Shown: piece after piece, positions 48,226 through 58,140 of the stretch
Position numbering within the stretch: position 1 is the first letter of the stretch
How the letters are laid out: the number at the start of each line of letters is the position of its first letter
Notes under the pieces: model-generated
Told to the model about the DNA's origin: nothing
Seen by the model: the letters and a program-made list of their open reading frames with translations, nothing else
Database searches by the model: none
Origin: Bacillota bacterium
GTDB taxonomy: Bacteria > Bacillota_I > Bacilli_A > RFN20 > CAG-288
Direction: 5' to 3'
Length of the DNA: 64,000 nt
Assembly (NCBI GenBank): GCA_023459795.1
Contig: JAEWSP010000018.1
Location: 30,946-94,945 of the forward strand
Made by a program: the position numbers and the translations under genes

Positions 48226-48879
48226 TTAATTCAGCTTGTTTTCTTTTTGAAGGATAGGAAGGATATCGGAAATGCCGACAAGCGGGTAATCTGTCTGATA
48301 GTAGGATGCTGCTTCTTTTACTCCGGCAGTCTTATACCCGCCTTCCTTGGCGGCTTTGATAGCAGAGAACCCATCCTCGACGACCAGGATATCCTTCGGA
48401 GAGAGGACAAGAGCCTTGGCAATCTTGTCGAAGATAACGGAATCATGTCTTGCGACATCAACGTCGTTTCCGTCGACGACCACATCGAAGACATGTTCCA
48501 TCTTGATCTTGGAAAGAATGGTTTCGCAGTTCGTAGATGCTGTTCCGATAGCTACCTTGATTCCGTTCTTCTTCAAAAGCTCAATGGTGGAACGGACTTC
48601 TTCCGGACAGTCCATCTCGGTGAGCTGGGTAAGAAAATTCTGGTAGATAGCATTCTTTTTGTCGGAAATGGCAATTTTCTCTTCTTCCGTGTAGTTCTTG
48701 TTGGCACGCTTTGCCATCAAGGCGACACAGTCCATGCGGTTGGTTCCCCGCATCTGATTATAAACGGAACGGTCAAAAGGGATTCCTTCCTCCTCGGCTA
48801 CGGATTTCCAGGAACGATAATGGTATTCGTCAGTATCGGCAATTACACCATCGATATTAAAAATAACCGCTTGGATCAT
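48226..48879 (-). CDS. beta-phosphoglucomutase-like HAD protein with Asn in place of the nucleophilic Asp
   Basis: 217 aa, alignable by eye to beta-PGM (VIF-N-I-D-GVIADT..YH..W). Motif I reads NIDG instead of DxDG. Confidence 0.65.
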   Translation of the reverse strand: MIQAVIFNIDGVIADTDEYHYRSWKSVAEEEGIPFDRSVYNQMRGTNRMDCVALMAKRANKNYTEEEKIAISDKKNAIYQNFLTQLTEMDCPEEVRSTIELLKKNGIKVAIGTASTNCETILSKIKMEHVFDVVVDGNDVDVARHDSVIFDKIAKALVLSPKDILVVEDGFSAIKAAKEGGYKTAGVKEAASYYQTDYPLVGISDILPILQKENKLN

Positions 48880-48961
48880 ACCCGATTCCTCCTTCTGAGG
48901 ACCTCAAATTGAGCGACAAATAGATATTTTATCAAGCAAATTGTTGCAACTCAACTTATGT

Positions 48962-49846
48962 TTACTTAACCCAATCCGTAGCAAACTGGGTGAGATAAGC
49001 AAGATTTCCGTCTTTGGAGAAGTTATGCAAAGCATGCTCCAGAAGCTTTTTATCCGTGCTTAAGGCAAAGCAGGCACTTCCGGACCCGGACATTCCGCAA
49101 AGGGGAAGCCCCATCTCCTTCATCTGATCCAATATTTTCTGGATGAGAGGAAGTGCTTTAATTGCCGGGATGGCAAGAACATTGACAAGGTTCTTTTCGA
49201 TAAGGGACTCGTCTCCCTTCTTCAGTCCTTCGATAAGCTGCGCGATATCCGGATGCCGGACAGTGGCAGGATCAACAAGGTCGTATGCCTGATAGACGCT
49301 CTTGGTAGAGAGTCCGTACGGAGGTTTCACGATAAGGACATAATACAGGGTCTTCACGGAAATCGGAGAAAGCACTTCTCCGACTCCTCCAACCCGGGAA
49401 GGGAGATTGCGGAAGCAGTAAGGAACGTCCGCACCGACAGAAAGAGCAAGCTTGTTGATTTCCTCCTTGCTGCTAGCAGACTTCGGGAAGGCAGGCTCAA
49501 AAGCCCGGAAGATTGCAGCCGCGTCTGCACTTCCTCCGCCAAGTCCGGCTTCCACCGGAATCTTCTTATAAATAAAAATCTTGAACCTTCCGGTGTCGCT
49601 GCAATGTTTCTTCATGACATCGAGTGCCTTGTAGGCAAGGTTCGATTCATCGCAGACAATGCTAGGATCGTCACAGTAAAGATAAGTATCCTGGGTCTCT
49701 CCCGGGATCCTGGAAATTTCAATCGAATCATGGAGCTTGAGAGGAATCGTCACCATATCGATGTTGTGGTATCCATCTTCTCTCTTGCCTAGAACGTCCA
49801 GCGCTAAGTTAATCTTTGCTAAGGCACGAATCACTAGGGTATTCAT
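48962..49846 (-). CDS. ispE: 4-diphosphocytidyl-2-C-methyl-D-erythritol kinase
   Basis: The start is set at MNTLVIRALAKINLALDV. GHMP kinase motif PVEAGLGGGSADAAA. Confidence 0.88.
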   Translation of the reverse strand: MNTLVIRALAKINLALDVLGKREDGYHNIDMVTIPLKLHDSIEISRIPGETQDTYLYCDDPSIVCDESNLAYKALDVMKKHCSDTGRFKIFIYKKIPVEAGLGGGSADAAAIFRAFEPAFPKSASSKEEINKLALSVGADVPYCFRNLPSRVGGVGEVLSPISVKTLYYVLIVKPPYGLSTKSVYQAYDLVDPATVRHPDIAQLIEGLKKGDESLIEKNLVNVLAIPAIKALPLIQKILDQMKEMGLPLCGMSGSGSACFALSTDKKLLEHALHNFSKDGNLAYLTQFATDWVK

Positions 49847-49953
49847 AGATTTATGTCCTTTTCGGGTTTTCAGCGTACCTATTATAACTTTTTTCTTTCT
49901 TGGTAAGTAGAGTACAAGAAACAAGAAAGAAAATAGTTATAATAAAAGGGACC

Positions 49954-50517
49954 ATGGAAAAGAAACTAAGCTCTTACCAGCTTCTAAGGAACCTCGTCCT
50001 TGCCGCTTCTGACCCGTTTGCAACGGATCAGAAGCTTTTCGATATCCAGCATATCCTGGAAGTCAGCGATTCTTTTCAGGGGGTAAACCATCTTCTCCTA
50101 GTCCAAGCCTATCTCAATGAAGATACCCTTCCTTTCTCCGTTACCAGAGAGAAAGCTTACGAACAGGCAAACAGAGCCCTAGAAGAAGGGAACCGGAAAG
50201 CTTGCTACTATCTCTATCTTCTTACCAAAGACGAGAACAAGCTCAAGGCAAGGCGCTACCTCAATGAAGGAGAGTTTTTTCAGGATCCTACGGCTCTTCT
50301 TGCCAAAGGGTTGGAACTCAAATACGGAGGCCTTTTTAGGAAGAACAGGAAGCAGGCAGAACAGATATTCCTGAAAATGATCTCCCTGAAATCCAGGGAA
50401 GGGTATTACCAGCTCCAGCTGATGAAGTCGGAAGACGGAGATTTCTCCTCGGCAAAGATCATCTATGAAGAAGCAAAGAAGAACGGATTCGAGCTTCCGG
50501 GGTATATCTCCGAATGA
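49954..50517 (+). CDS. hypothetical helical-repeat (Sel1/TPR-like) protein
   Basis: The start is set at MEKKLSSY; weak repeat pattern only. Confidence 0.35.
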   Translation: MEKKLSSYQLLRNLVLAASDPFATDQKLFDIQHILEVSDSFQGVNHLLLVQAYLNEDTLPFSVTREKAYEQANRALEEGNRKACYYLYLLTKDENKLKARRYLNEGEFFQDPTALLAKGLELKYGGLFRKNRKQAEQIFLKMISLKSREGYYQLQLMKSEDGDFSSAKIIYEEAKKNGFELPGYISE

Positions 50518-51173
50518 AACGGGCATGGATCTTCGGTGCTGCTCCCTTCGATTATTCCTCTTTGAACCCGAGTCTCTTTAAAGGAGACACTTCGGTAGCC
50601 GCCGATGGCGGCTACCGTTATTTCCTTTCTGCCGGGTTAGAACCGGACCTCTTTGTCGGTGACTTCGATACGCTGAAGAAAGGCGAACTGCAGAAACCGA
50701 AAAGGATTCTGCCTCTGAATCCGGTCAAGGATGACACCGATACTTTGTTCGCTATCAAAGCTTTGCTTAAAGAAGGATACGACACCTTCGTTCTGGTAGG
50801 GTGCCTTGGCGGAAGAATCGATCAAAGCATCGCCAGCATCCAGTATCTCCTGTTTCTGAAAGAAAACAAAGGGAACGGAATCCTTTTATCTGCAGACGGA
50901 AAAGAGGAGCTTAGGATCCTGAAGGACAGCTCCATCCTTCTGTCCGGAAAAAAGAAGTACCGCTATTCCCTCTTCTCCCTTAGCAAAACTTCAATAGGAG
51001 TAACGGAAAGCAACTGCTTCTATCCGCTAAAAGATAAAACACTGACGGATTCCTATCCTTTAGGAGTCAGCAATGAATGCCTGGGAGAGGGCAAGGATAT
51101 CCCTATTTCAGTAAAGAAGGGAACCCTTCTTCTGGTTCTCCCTCTGATTGCCTTAGAAGACCCTTATAAATAG
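50514..51173 (+). CDS. thiamine diphosphokinase
   Basis: ADGGYRYF....PDLFVGDFDTL pattern; 219 aa. Confidence 0.75.
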   Translation: MKRAWIFGAAPFDYSSLNPSLFKGDTSVAADGGYRYFLSAGLEPDLFVGDFDTLKKGELQKPKRILPLNPVKDDTDTLFAIKALLKEGYDTFVLVGCLGGRIDQSIASIQYLLFLKENKGNGILLSADGKEELRILKDSSILLSGKKKYRYSLFSLSKTSIGVTESNCFYPLKDKTLTDSYPLGVSNECLGEGKDIPISVKKGTLLLVLPLIALEDPYK

Positions 51174-51181
51174 AAAAGCAG

Positions 51182-51832
51182 TTATTTTTCTTTTGTTTTC
51201 AGTTCATCAGGAATCGGAACGGATGTCGTCCCCACTTCATCGATTGACCAGCGAGTTTCCCAATTAAAATAATCATTTTTGCTCGTCGAACTCCATAGGA
51301 TTTCTTTAATTTCCCCGTCCTCGGCATAATAAGAATACGTCTGCGAGTAATCCTTCCCTTCAAAATAGATTCCGGTATAACACTTGTTCTTGCTGTTGTA
51401 GGAAAGCTTGGAATAATCCAAGAACCAATCCATCTTTGCTCCATTGTAAGGCATACTCACAATACACCAGCCATATCCATTTTTTGAGCAGTAATACACA
51501 CGAGAACCTTGGACCTGAGAATTAGGTTCTTCATTCGGATTTGGCAGCCAAGATATGCAGGAACATGCCTCAGGATTATCCGGTTCTACATCATTCGTAT
51601 AGGAATAATACTGGTTTACGTAATCATATTGGTACAATTCCGGGAATTCAGGATTCGGAGTACGGACTCCATCTTCCACTCCGATATTGTCAGCAAACAC
51701 CCTGCTTAAGGTAAAAGAGGATTTGGTCAGCTCTCCAACAGAGGAATCATATTCCTCTTTGCTAAGCTTTGTAGAGTTCTTTGAACAGCCCGGAAGAAAG
51801 GAAGCACAAAAGGTAAGAAAGAGAATCTGCAT
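51182..51832 (-). CDS. putative lipoprotein, function unknown
   Basis: Signal peptide with lipobox FLPGC; Tyr/Trp-rich. Confidence 0.55.
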   Translation of the reverse strand: MQILFLTFCASFLPGCSKNSTKLSKEEYDSSVGELTKSSFTLSRVFADNIGVEDGVRTPNPEFPELYQYDYVNQYYSYTNDVEPDNPEACSCISWLPNPNEEPNSQVQGSRVYYCSKNGYGWCIVSMPYNGAKMDWFLDYSKLSYNSKNKCYTGIYFEGKDYSQTYSYYAEDGEIKEILWSSTSKNDYFNWETRWSIDEVGTTSVPIPDELKTKEK

Positions 51833-52098
51833 TACTGTTTTTTTTCATGTTTTCCATCATTTTCTCCCTTTTGGTAATTCACCCATTGTAGGAGCGGGAC
51901 CGTAACTTTTAAATGCCGGCCTGCCCTCCCGATTAACTCTTCGTTAGCGTATTCTGCCTCATCAAAAACTGGCCGGGGTTCCTTATTTATTGGTCTTATC
52001 CCGGCATCAAAAAAACAAAACCTGGAAATTGTTCCTTCTTATCTAAAAACCAAGCCTTAATTCCTTTACCAGACACAAAAGATAAACGCTTAAAAAGC

Positions 52099-53799
52099 TT
52101 ATTTCTTTTCCGTAATCTTCCCGTTTTTAACCAGGAGAACCTTGTTGAAGCCAAGCTGATCGCTAAGCCTGTGGGAAATCGATAGAACGGTTCTGCTGCT
52201 GCTTGCAGCAGAAAGGGCCCGGATGACTTCCTGCTCCGTTTCGGAGTCGAGGTTAGCGGAAATCTCGTCCAGCAAAAGAATAGAAGGAGAATTCACAAGG
52301 GCACGGGCAAGGCCTAATAGCTGCAACTGTCCTCTTGAGAAATCGGTCTCCTTGAAGGGGGCATGATAACCACCTTTTATCCTGGTAGAGACATAATCAT
52401 CCAGGAAGGCTTCCTTCATCGCCTTATGGACTGCATCCAAAGAAATCGACTCATCCCCTAAGGTAACCTGATCCAGAACCGTACCGGGAACAGGGGAGAA
52501 CCCCTGTTCGACGTATCCGAAGATCTTCTTCTTTTCCTCGTCCGGAATCTGGATGGTACTGACTCCGTTCACAAGGATTGCTCCCTCGGTTGGAGGAAGA
52601 AGCCCGAGGATCAGCTTGAAGAGGGTGGTCTTTCCGATTCCGGTTCTCCCGGTCAGGGATGCCTGGTCCAAGGAAGAGAGGGAGAAAGAAGCATGGTCAA
52701 AGATATATTCCGTTCCGTCTTCGTAGCGGAAAGAGAGATTGTCAAATTGGAGAATTGGTTTATTTGGCCTAGATAATACATAGGAAGCAGTAAAGGTCTG
52801 GTCTTTTCCGTTTATTTCTTCTTCGTTGAGGAATTCCTCTACCCGGATGACACCAGAGAAGCCTTCCTGCAGGGACTGGAAGTCCTGCCCGAGTTCTTTC
52901 ACCGGAGAGAAAAGATCCTGGATCAGGTTCAGGGAAGCAGCAAAGGAGCCGACGGTAAGACCGACAATCTGGGAAGAGGAATCCAGATTCATCGTCTTGA
53001 CGACAGCAAAGGTAACCAAGGCGATGACGAGGGACTGAAGCAGATCAATAAGGGGCGGATAGAAGGAATCGAACAATGCCGTTCTGTTCTGTGCCTTGTC
53101 GCCATCGATCAGCTTCTCGTTGAATTTGCCTTCCCGATACCCTCTCTTCCCGAGGTTATGGACAGTAACCGCCGTATCGATGGATTCGGAGAGCATATTG
53201 CTTTCCTTGTTTAAGGCAGTCCTTACCTGAAGCTGCGCCTTCTTGCTCTTCCGGCGGAACAGTTCCGTAAGGAGAAAAATCAGCGGAACGGTAGCGAGAA
53301 GTATCAGTCCCAGCACCCAGCTGAAATAGAACACGGAGACCGTAATAGAGATAATCTTCAGGGAAGAAACAAGAATAGAAACCAGTCCGCTCTCAAACAA
53401 GGTTTCGATTGCTGTGACATCATCCATGATGTGGGATGTCATCTCGCCGGTTCCGTGCTTGGTGAAATACCCGGGTTTCATCTTATGTGTCTTCTGGATC
53501 ATCAGCCTCCTAAGGTCTGCAATCATCTCCTGGCCCATCCTATCGACAAGATAGGTCTCCAGGAAGGAGAACATTGCGGAGAGAAGATAGCTTCCGAAGT
53601 AGAGCAGGGTAATGCCTAGGAAGGAGACTCCGACTTCGGCTGCCGTATCAAAGTACTGATCGAAGATGATCTTCAGAAAGAAGGATGGGGCAAGGACAAG
53701 AGAGGATTCCATCAGTATCGAAACAGCAAGAAGGATTGTCTCCTTGATATGTTTCCGGATATATCCTTTCAGGAAGGACCGGACTGTGAATTTTTTCAT
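52099..53799 (-). CDS. ABC exporter permease/ATPase subunit (non-canonical signature FSRGQ)
   Basis: The start is set at MKKFTV, with an ATGA overlap onto the upstream stop. Walker A GRTGIGKTT and Walker B LLLDEIS. Confidence 0.85.
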   Translation of the reverse strand: MKKFTVRSFLKGYIRKHIKETILLAVSILMESSLVLAPSFFLKIIFDQYFDTAAEVGVSFLGITLLYFGSYLLSAMFSFLETYLVDRMGQEMIADLRRLMIQKTHKMKPGYFTKHGTGEMTSHIMDDVTAIETLFESGLVSILVSSLKIISITVSVFYFSWVLGLILLATVPLIFLLTELFRRKSKKAQLQVRTALNKESNMLSESIDTAVTVHNLGKRGYREGKFNEKLIDGDKAQNRTALFDSFYPPLIDLLQSLVIALVTFAVVKTMNLDSSSQIVGLTVGSFAASLNLIQDLFSPVKELGQDFQSLQEGFSGVIRVEEFLNEEEINGKDQTFTASYVLSRPNKPILQFDNLSFRYEDGTEYIFDHASFSLSSLDQASLTGRTGIGKTTLFKLILGLLPPTEGAILVNGVSTIQIPDEEKKKIFGYVEQGFSPVPGTVLDQVTLGDESISLDAVHKAMKEAFLDDYVSTRIKGGYHAPFKETDFSRGQLQLLGLARALVNSPSILLLDEISANLDSETEQEVIRALSAASSSRTVLSISHRLSDQLGFNKVLLVKNGKITEKK

Positions 53800-55580
53800 T
53801 TCCCTGCCTCCCCGCTTGTTGTCTGAAGCTCCCAAAGCCTCTTGTAGCAGGAAGACTTCTTCAGCAGTTCTTCATGGGTGCCGAAAGACCATCTGCCGTT
53901 TCCTTCCAGGACCAGGATTCCATCCAGGTCCGGGAACAGGGAAAGCCTATGGGAGACTAGAAGAATCAAGGACTCCTTCTTCCTCTCTTCCAGAACGGTC
54001 TTCCGGATTTCTCTTTCCGTTGTCACATCGATGCTGGCAAAAGGATCGTCTAAGAGGATCAGATCCTTCGGATGGGAAAGAGTTCTTGCCAAAGCAATTC
54101 TTTCCTGCTGACCTCCGGACAGCTTGACGCCTTCATTTCCAACTATTGTCTTCTCCCCTTCCGGCATACCGGAAAGATCCTTTGCAAAGGAAACAGAGGC
54201 AAGAGCTTTCCCGACATCCACATTATCTCCATATGCTACATTGTCTTTAAGAGTATCCGTCAAAAGGTCCGCCTTATGTCCCATATAGGAGATTGTTCCG
54301 ACAATCTCCGGGTCCGAATAGTCTTTAACTTCTTTTCCAAACAAGGCCATGCTTCCGGAATACGGAAGAACCTTTAGAAGCGTTTTAAGAAATACGCTTT
54401 TTCCAGAAGCAATCTCTCCTGTTATTCCGATAATCTGTCCCTTCTTTGCAGTGAAAGATAAATTTGTAATCCGGTCTTTGTTCGATAAAGTAAGGGTGTA
54501 GTCCTTCAAGACCAAGGAATCGTCCTTCTTCACTTCCTCCGGCGACTCATACGGAGCATAAGGCTTCATGAATGGCTGTATTCTCCTCCAGCTGGCAAGA
54601 CCTTTCTGGACCGTTGTGAAAAGCTTTGCCGTATGGCTCGACTTCTTGGCAAGAAGAATGAAGACCGTAAGGTAAGCTTCGAAAAGTCCGTCATCCCAGA
54701 CATCGGAAGGGAGAAGAGGATTAGGATAGAAAACAGGAGTACCATTCCGGACCATTCCGATTCCGAGGTAAAGGATAGGTATCAATCCGACAAGGGCAAG
54801 GATATCGACAACAGGCATCATGGTATCGGAAAGAACGTTGCTTTTAGTCGTATCCTTCTGATACTGGGAGAGTGCCTTGCTTGCTTTTTCTTCGATTGCC
54901 TTGTCTCTTCCGTATACCCGGTAAAGGAGAGCGTGGTCGAAGGTATCGAAGGCCAGAGAGGAGACTACGGAATAGCTCTTCCGGCTCTTTGCCTGAGAAG
55001 TATAGACCAGTTTTCTCAAGACAAAAGCAACCAGGATCGAGAAAGCAACCGGGATCAAGGCAAAGGCAGTGATCCTTGGATCAAAGAGGAAGAGATAAGC
55101 AATATAAGACAGGAACAGGATGACGGTATCGAAGATCTCGGTCGTAATCTTCCGCATGCCTTCTACGGCTGCTTTGACATCTCCCATTGCTCTGGAGAGA
55201 AGAGCACCGACATTCTCTTTCTGCAGGTCTTCCGGTTTTTCCTGGAGCAGGTTGTTGTAGACATTGAGCCGCATCGCATGGGTTGTCTGATAAGCAAACA
55301 CCCGGATTCCAAATCTCTTTCCGGAACGGAATCCTTGGACTATAAGCATTGCCAGAAGATAGTATACTAGCAATGCCAGGATAGAAGAGACATCGCTCTT
55401 TGCCGAAACAGCATTGATAAGCCTGCCCTGGAAATAAGGGTTGGCAATCATGCCGATGTTGTATCCGATTCCAGTGACCGTGATAAAAAGAAGGAGCCAG
55501 AAATGGTCCTTCCAGTAAGACGATAAATGATCTGGTTTGTCGGTCAGTTTATAACCGCCGGATTCGATAATGGCTTTCAT
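53796..55580 (-). CDS. ABC exporter permease/ATPase subunit (Walker B LILLDD, no catalytic Glu)
   Basis: Walker A GEIASGKSV and canonical signature LSGGQ. Walker B is followed by Asp, not Glu. Confidence 0.85.
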   Translation of the reverse strand: MKAIIESGGYKLTDKPDHLSSYWKDHFWLLLFITVTGIGYNIGMIANPYFQGRLINAVSAKSDVSSILALLVYYLLAMLIVQGFRSGKRFGIRVFAYQTTHAMRLNVYNNLLQEKPEDLQKENVGALLSRAMGDVKAAVEGMRKITTEIFDTVILFLSYIAYLFLFDPRITAFALIPVAFSILVAFVLRKLVYTSQAKSRKSYSVVSSLAFDTFDHALLYRVYGRDKAIEEKASKALSQYQKDTTKSNVLSDTMMPVVDILALVGLIPILYLGIGMVRNGTPVFYPNPLLPSDVWDDGLFEAYLTVFILLAKKSSHTAKLFTTVQKGLASWRRIQPFMKPYAPYESPEEVKKDDSLVLKDYTLTLSNKDRITNLSFTAKKGQIIGITGEIASGKSVFLKTLLKVLPYSGSMALFGKEVKDYSDPEIVGTISYMGHKADLLTDTLKDNVAYGDNVDVGKALASVSFAKDLSGMPEGEKTIVGNEGVKLSGGQQERIALARTLSHPKDLILLDDPFASIDVTTEREIRKTVLEERKKESLILLVSHRLSLFPDLDGILVLEGNGRWSFGTHEELLKKSSCYKRLWELQTTSGEAGK

Positions 55581-55814
55581 CTAGGTTATTATAACGTAAA
55601 AAAGGATTCCTTTTCTCTTTTCCCAAGAAAAAGGAAAGCACTTCCTAATTGTTTCTTTTTTCTTCCTAAAAATAATCCTCTTCCTTTTCCCTTTGTTTTT
55701 TCCTGTTTTCTTCTTGAAAAGGGACTTATCATATTGGATCTATAAGTTAAATATTTGCTCTTTGCCTTAATAACCCATAAAATAGAACCGCCTTTTCCCA
55801 AATGGAGGCTTCAT

Positions 55815-58115
55815 ATGAGTAATAGAAAACGTACCGCCTTTGCCGGGCTTCTCTTTTCTGGTTTGCTTTTGATGACATCCTGCTCCTTAAACGCTTCCCG
55901 AGGCTCTACCTCTTCTTCTACCTCCTCTACTTCTGGCGCCCCTTCTACTTCCAGTAAAAAAGCTTCTGCAATCCAGATCGTTCCACCGGATAAGAAAGAA
56001 TACCGTAGAGGAGATGCCTTTGACATTTCCGGTCTTTCTGTTTCTTTGGTTTACGAAGATGGGACCAAAGAAGCAGCAAGCGACTATACCCTAACTTTTT
56101 CCGAAACGGGAGAAGAGATTGCTAACGGCGATATCCTGGATTACGAGGATGGAACCCATACGATCACAGTAGCCGTTACAGGAGTCGGATTTGCCAGCTT
56201 TGACATCTCGACCTGGACAGCAACTCCAAAGAGCAGATACCTGGATCTTACTTCTCTTCCGACAAAGACCATCTATATTGTCAAAAACCAGGAAGCTTTC
56301 TCTTCGGAAGGCCTGGGCGCTATTTATACCGTAATTTTCCAGGGATACCTGAACGGAGTCAAGAAAACGGAACAAAAGGATACGACTGTTACCGATCTTG
56401 TTACCTTCAGCATAGATGGAAAGACTCTTTCCGAAGGAGATGTTTTCACCGTAGATGATTACGGAACGAAAGCCGTAACCGTTACTTATTCAGAAGACGG
56501 AAAGACGGTCACAGCAGTTTTCTATATCACAATCGTAAGCGGAGACACGGCTCCGAAAAAATATACGGATACAACAAATCCCATCGTCACCGGTTCGAAT
56601 ACGATCAAGCTGACCATCACCAATCCCAACTCCGCTCATACGACCGGAACCAACAACTACATCGCTCCCGATGATGTAGATGCAACGAAGTACAGCATCC
56701 CTAACTACTATGCCAAGAAGAATTATGAAAACTGGCGTTACCTTCCGACAACCGGAAAGGTTCCGCTTTTGATTGTTCCGGTATTCTTCACGGATCAGAC
56801 TCAGTATGATACAACGGCAAACAGGGATCTGATGAAGAAGTGCTTCTTCGGAAAGAGCACGGACCTGAATTTCGAATCCCTGCATTCGTATTACTACAAA
56901 TCCAGTTACGGAAAACTGGATTTCACCGGCTCCATTGCTCCTTCTTTCTATCCTCAGGTCAGTATTCCTGCCCTGCAATCCACTTCTACGGAGTCTTTCA
57001 GCGAGGCATCCATGTTAACTATGCTGACCGCTCTTCCGGATTACCTGAAGACCCTTGGATATGATCTCACTCAATATGATTCCGATTCTGACGGATATTT
57101 GGATAGCGTCTGGATGATATACGGACACAGCACGGAAGCAAGCTCCACCTCCAACTGGTGGGCTTATTCCTCGACCCTTTCTGTGATCCCCGCAAGCGTA
57201 GCTTCTCCGACCGTCAACAACTTCGGATGGACTTCCTTTGATTTCCTCAATGATGACTTTAGCGGAGGTTCCTCTATTGCAAATGCCGGAGGAGATGCCC
57301 ACGTCCTGATCCATGAAACCGGACATCTTCTCGGCCTCTCGGATTATTATTCCTACTATTCCTCGACCTACGATCCTCTTGGCGGATACGATATGATGGC
57401 CTATAACGTCGGAGATCATAATCCTTATTCCAAACTCCTTTATGGTTGGGTGGATCCTTACCTCGTATACGGAAACAGCACCATCACCCTCAGCCTCAAT
57501 ACCAAAAACAATCACCAGGTCGTCCTGATTCCATATGATTCCAAAGACTACAGCGATACAAAGTATCAGGAAACCATCCAAAACGCAGACGGAACAACCT
57601 CAACGAAGACCTGGGTGAATCCCTATGATGAATATATGATTCTGGATTTCTACACGAACGCCAACATGGACAGCCAGTCCTATGACTGCTATGGGTCTGC
57701 TCCGATTAATGGAACCGGCGTTAGGATATACCACGCCGATCACCGCCTTTTCAAAGCCTCCGGTATTATCACCACCGTAACCGAATACTCAAATCCGGAT
57801 GCTCCTCTTTCCACAACGGATCTAGTAAATGCAGCAATCAATAATTCGGAAGGCGGCGATAGAGCCGAATCCGGTTTCGGGCTTCCTACCAGCTACGATG
57901 CCTTTGATGAACTCCGTTTGATAGCTAAGGACAAGTCTATCTTGGACCTGAATGCAACACAGAAAACCTATAAGGGTGATTCCACTGCTCCTTCCGTCCT
58001 CTTCAAAGCCGGCAGTTCCTTCTCTCTTTCTTCCTACTCTGCTTCCTTCCCGAAGACAACGACATTCAACAACGGCAAATCCTTCAGCTACAATATCTCC
58101 TTCTCCAACAACTAA
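55815..58115 (+). CDS. surface lipoprotein with Ig-like repeats and an HExxH zinc-metalloprotease domain (M6/InhA-like)
   Basis: The start is set at MSNRKRTAF, with lipobox LMTSC. Two or three Ig-like repeats (IQIVPPDKKEYRRGDAFDISGLSV...). Motif HETGHLLGLSDYY. Confidence 0.6.
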   Translation: MSNRKRTAFAGLLFSGLLLMTSCSLNASRGSTSSSTSSTSGAPSTSSKKASAIQIVPPDKKEYRRGDAFDISGLSVSLVYEDGTKEAASDYTLTFSETGEEIANGDILDYEDGTHTITVAVTGVGFASFDISTWTATPKSRYLDLTSLPTKTIYIVKNQEAFSSEGLGAIYTVIFQGYLNGVKKTEQKDTTVTDLVTFSIDGKTLSEGDVFTVDDYGTKAVTVTYSEDGKTVTAVFYITIVSGDTAPKKYTDTTNPIVTGSNTIKLTITNPNSAHTTGTNNYIAPDDVDATKYSIPNYYAKKNYENWRYLPTTGKVPLLIVPVFFTDQTQYDTTANRDLMKKCFFGKSTDLNFESLHSYYYKSSYGKLDFTGSIAPSFYPQVSIPALQSTSTESFSEASMLTMLTALPDYLKTLGYDLTQYDSDSDGYLDSVWMIYGHSTEASSTSNWWAYSSTLSVIPASVASPTVNNFGWTSFDFLNDDFSGGSSIANAGGDAHVLIHETGHLLGLSDYYSYYSSTYDPLGGYDMMAYNVGDHNPYSKLLYGWVDPYLVYGNSTITLSLNTKNNHQVVLIPYDSKDYSDTKYQETIQNADGTTSTKTWVNPYDEYMILDFYTNANMDSQSYDCYGSAPINGTGVRIYHADHRLFKASGIITTVTEYSNPDAPLSTTDLVNAAINNSEGGDRAESGFGLPTSYDAFDELRLIAKDKSILDLNATQKTYKGDSTAPSVLFKAGSSFSLSSYSASFPKTTTFNNGKSFSYNISFSNN

Positions 58116-58140
58116 AAAGCAAATCATCCTGACCGGCTGG

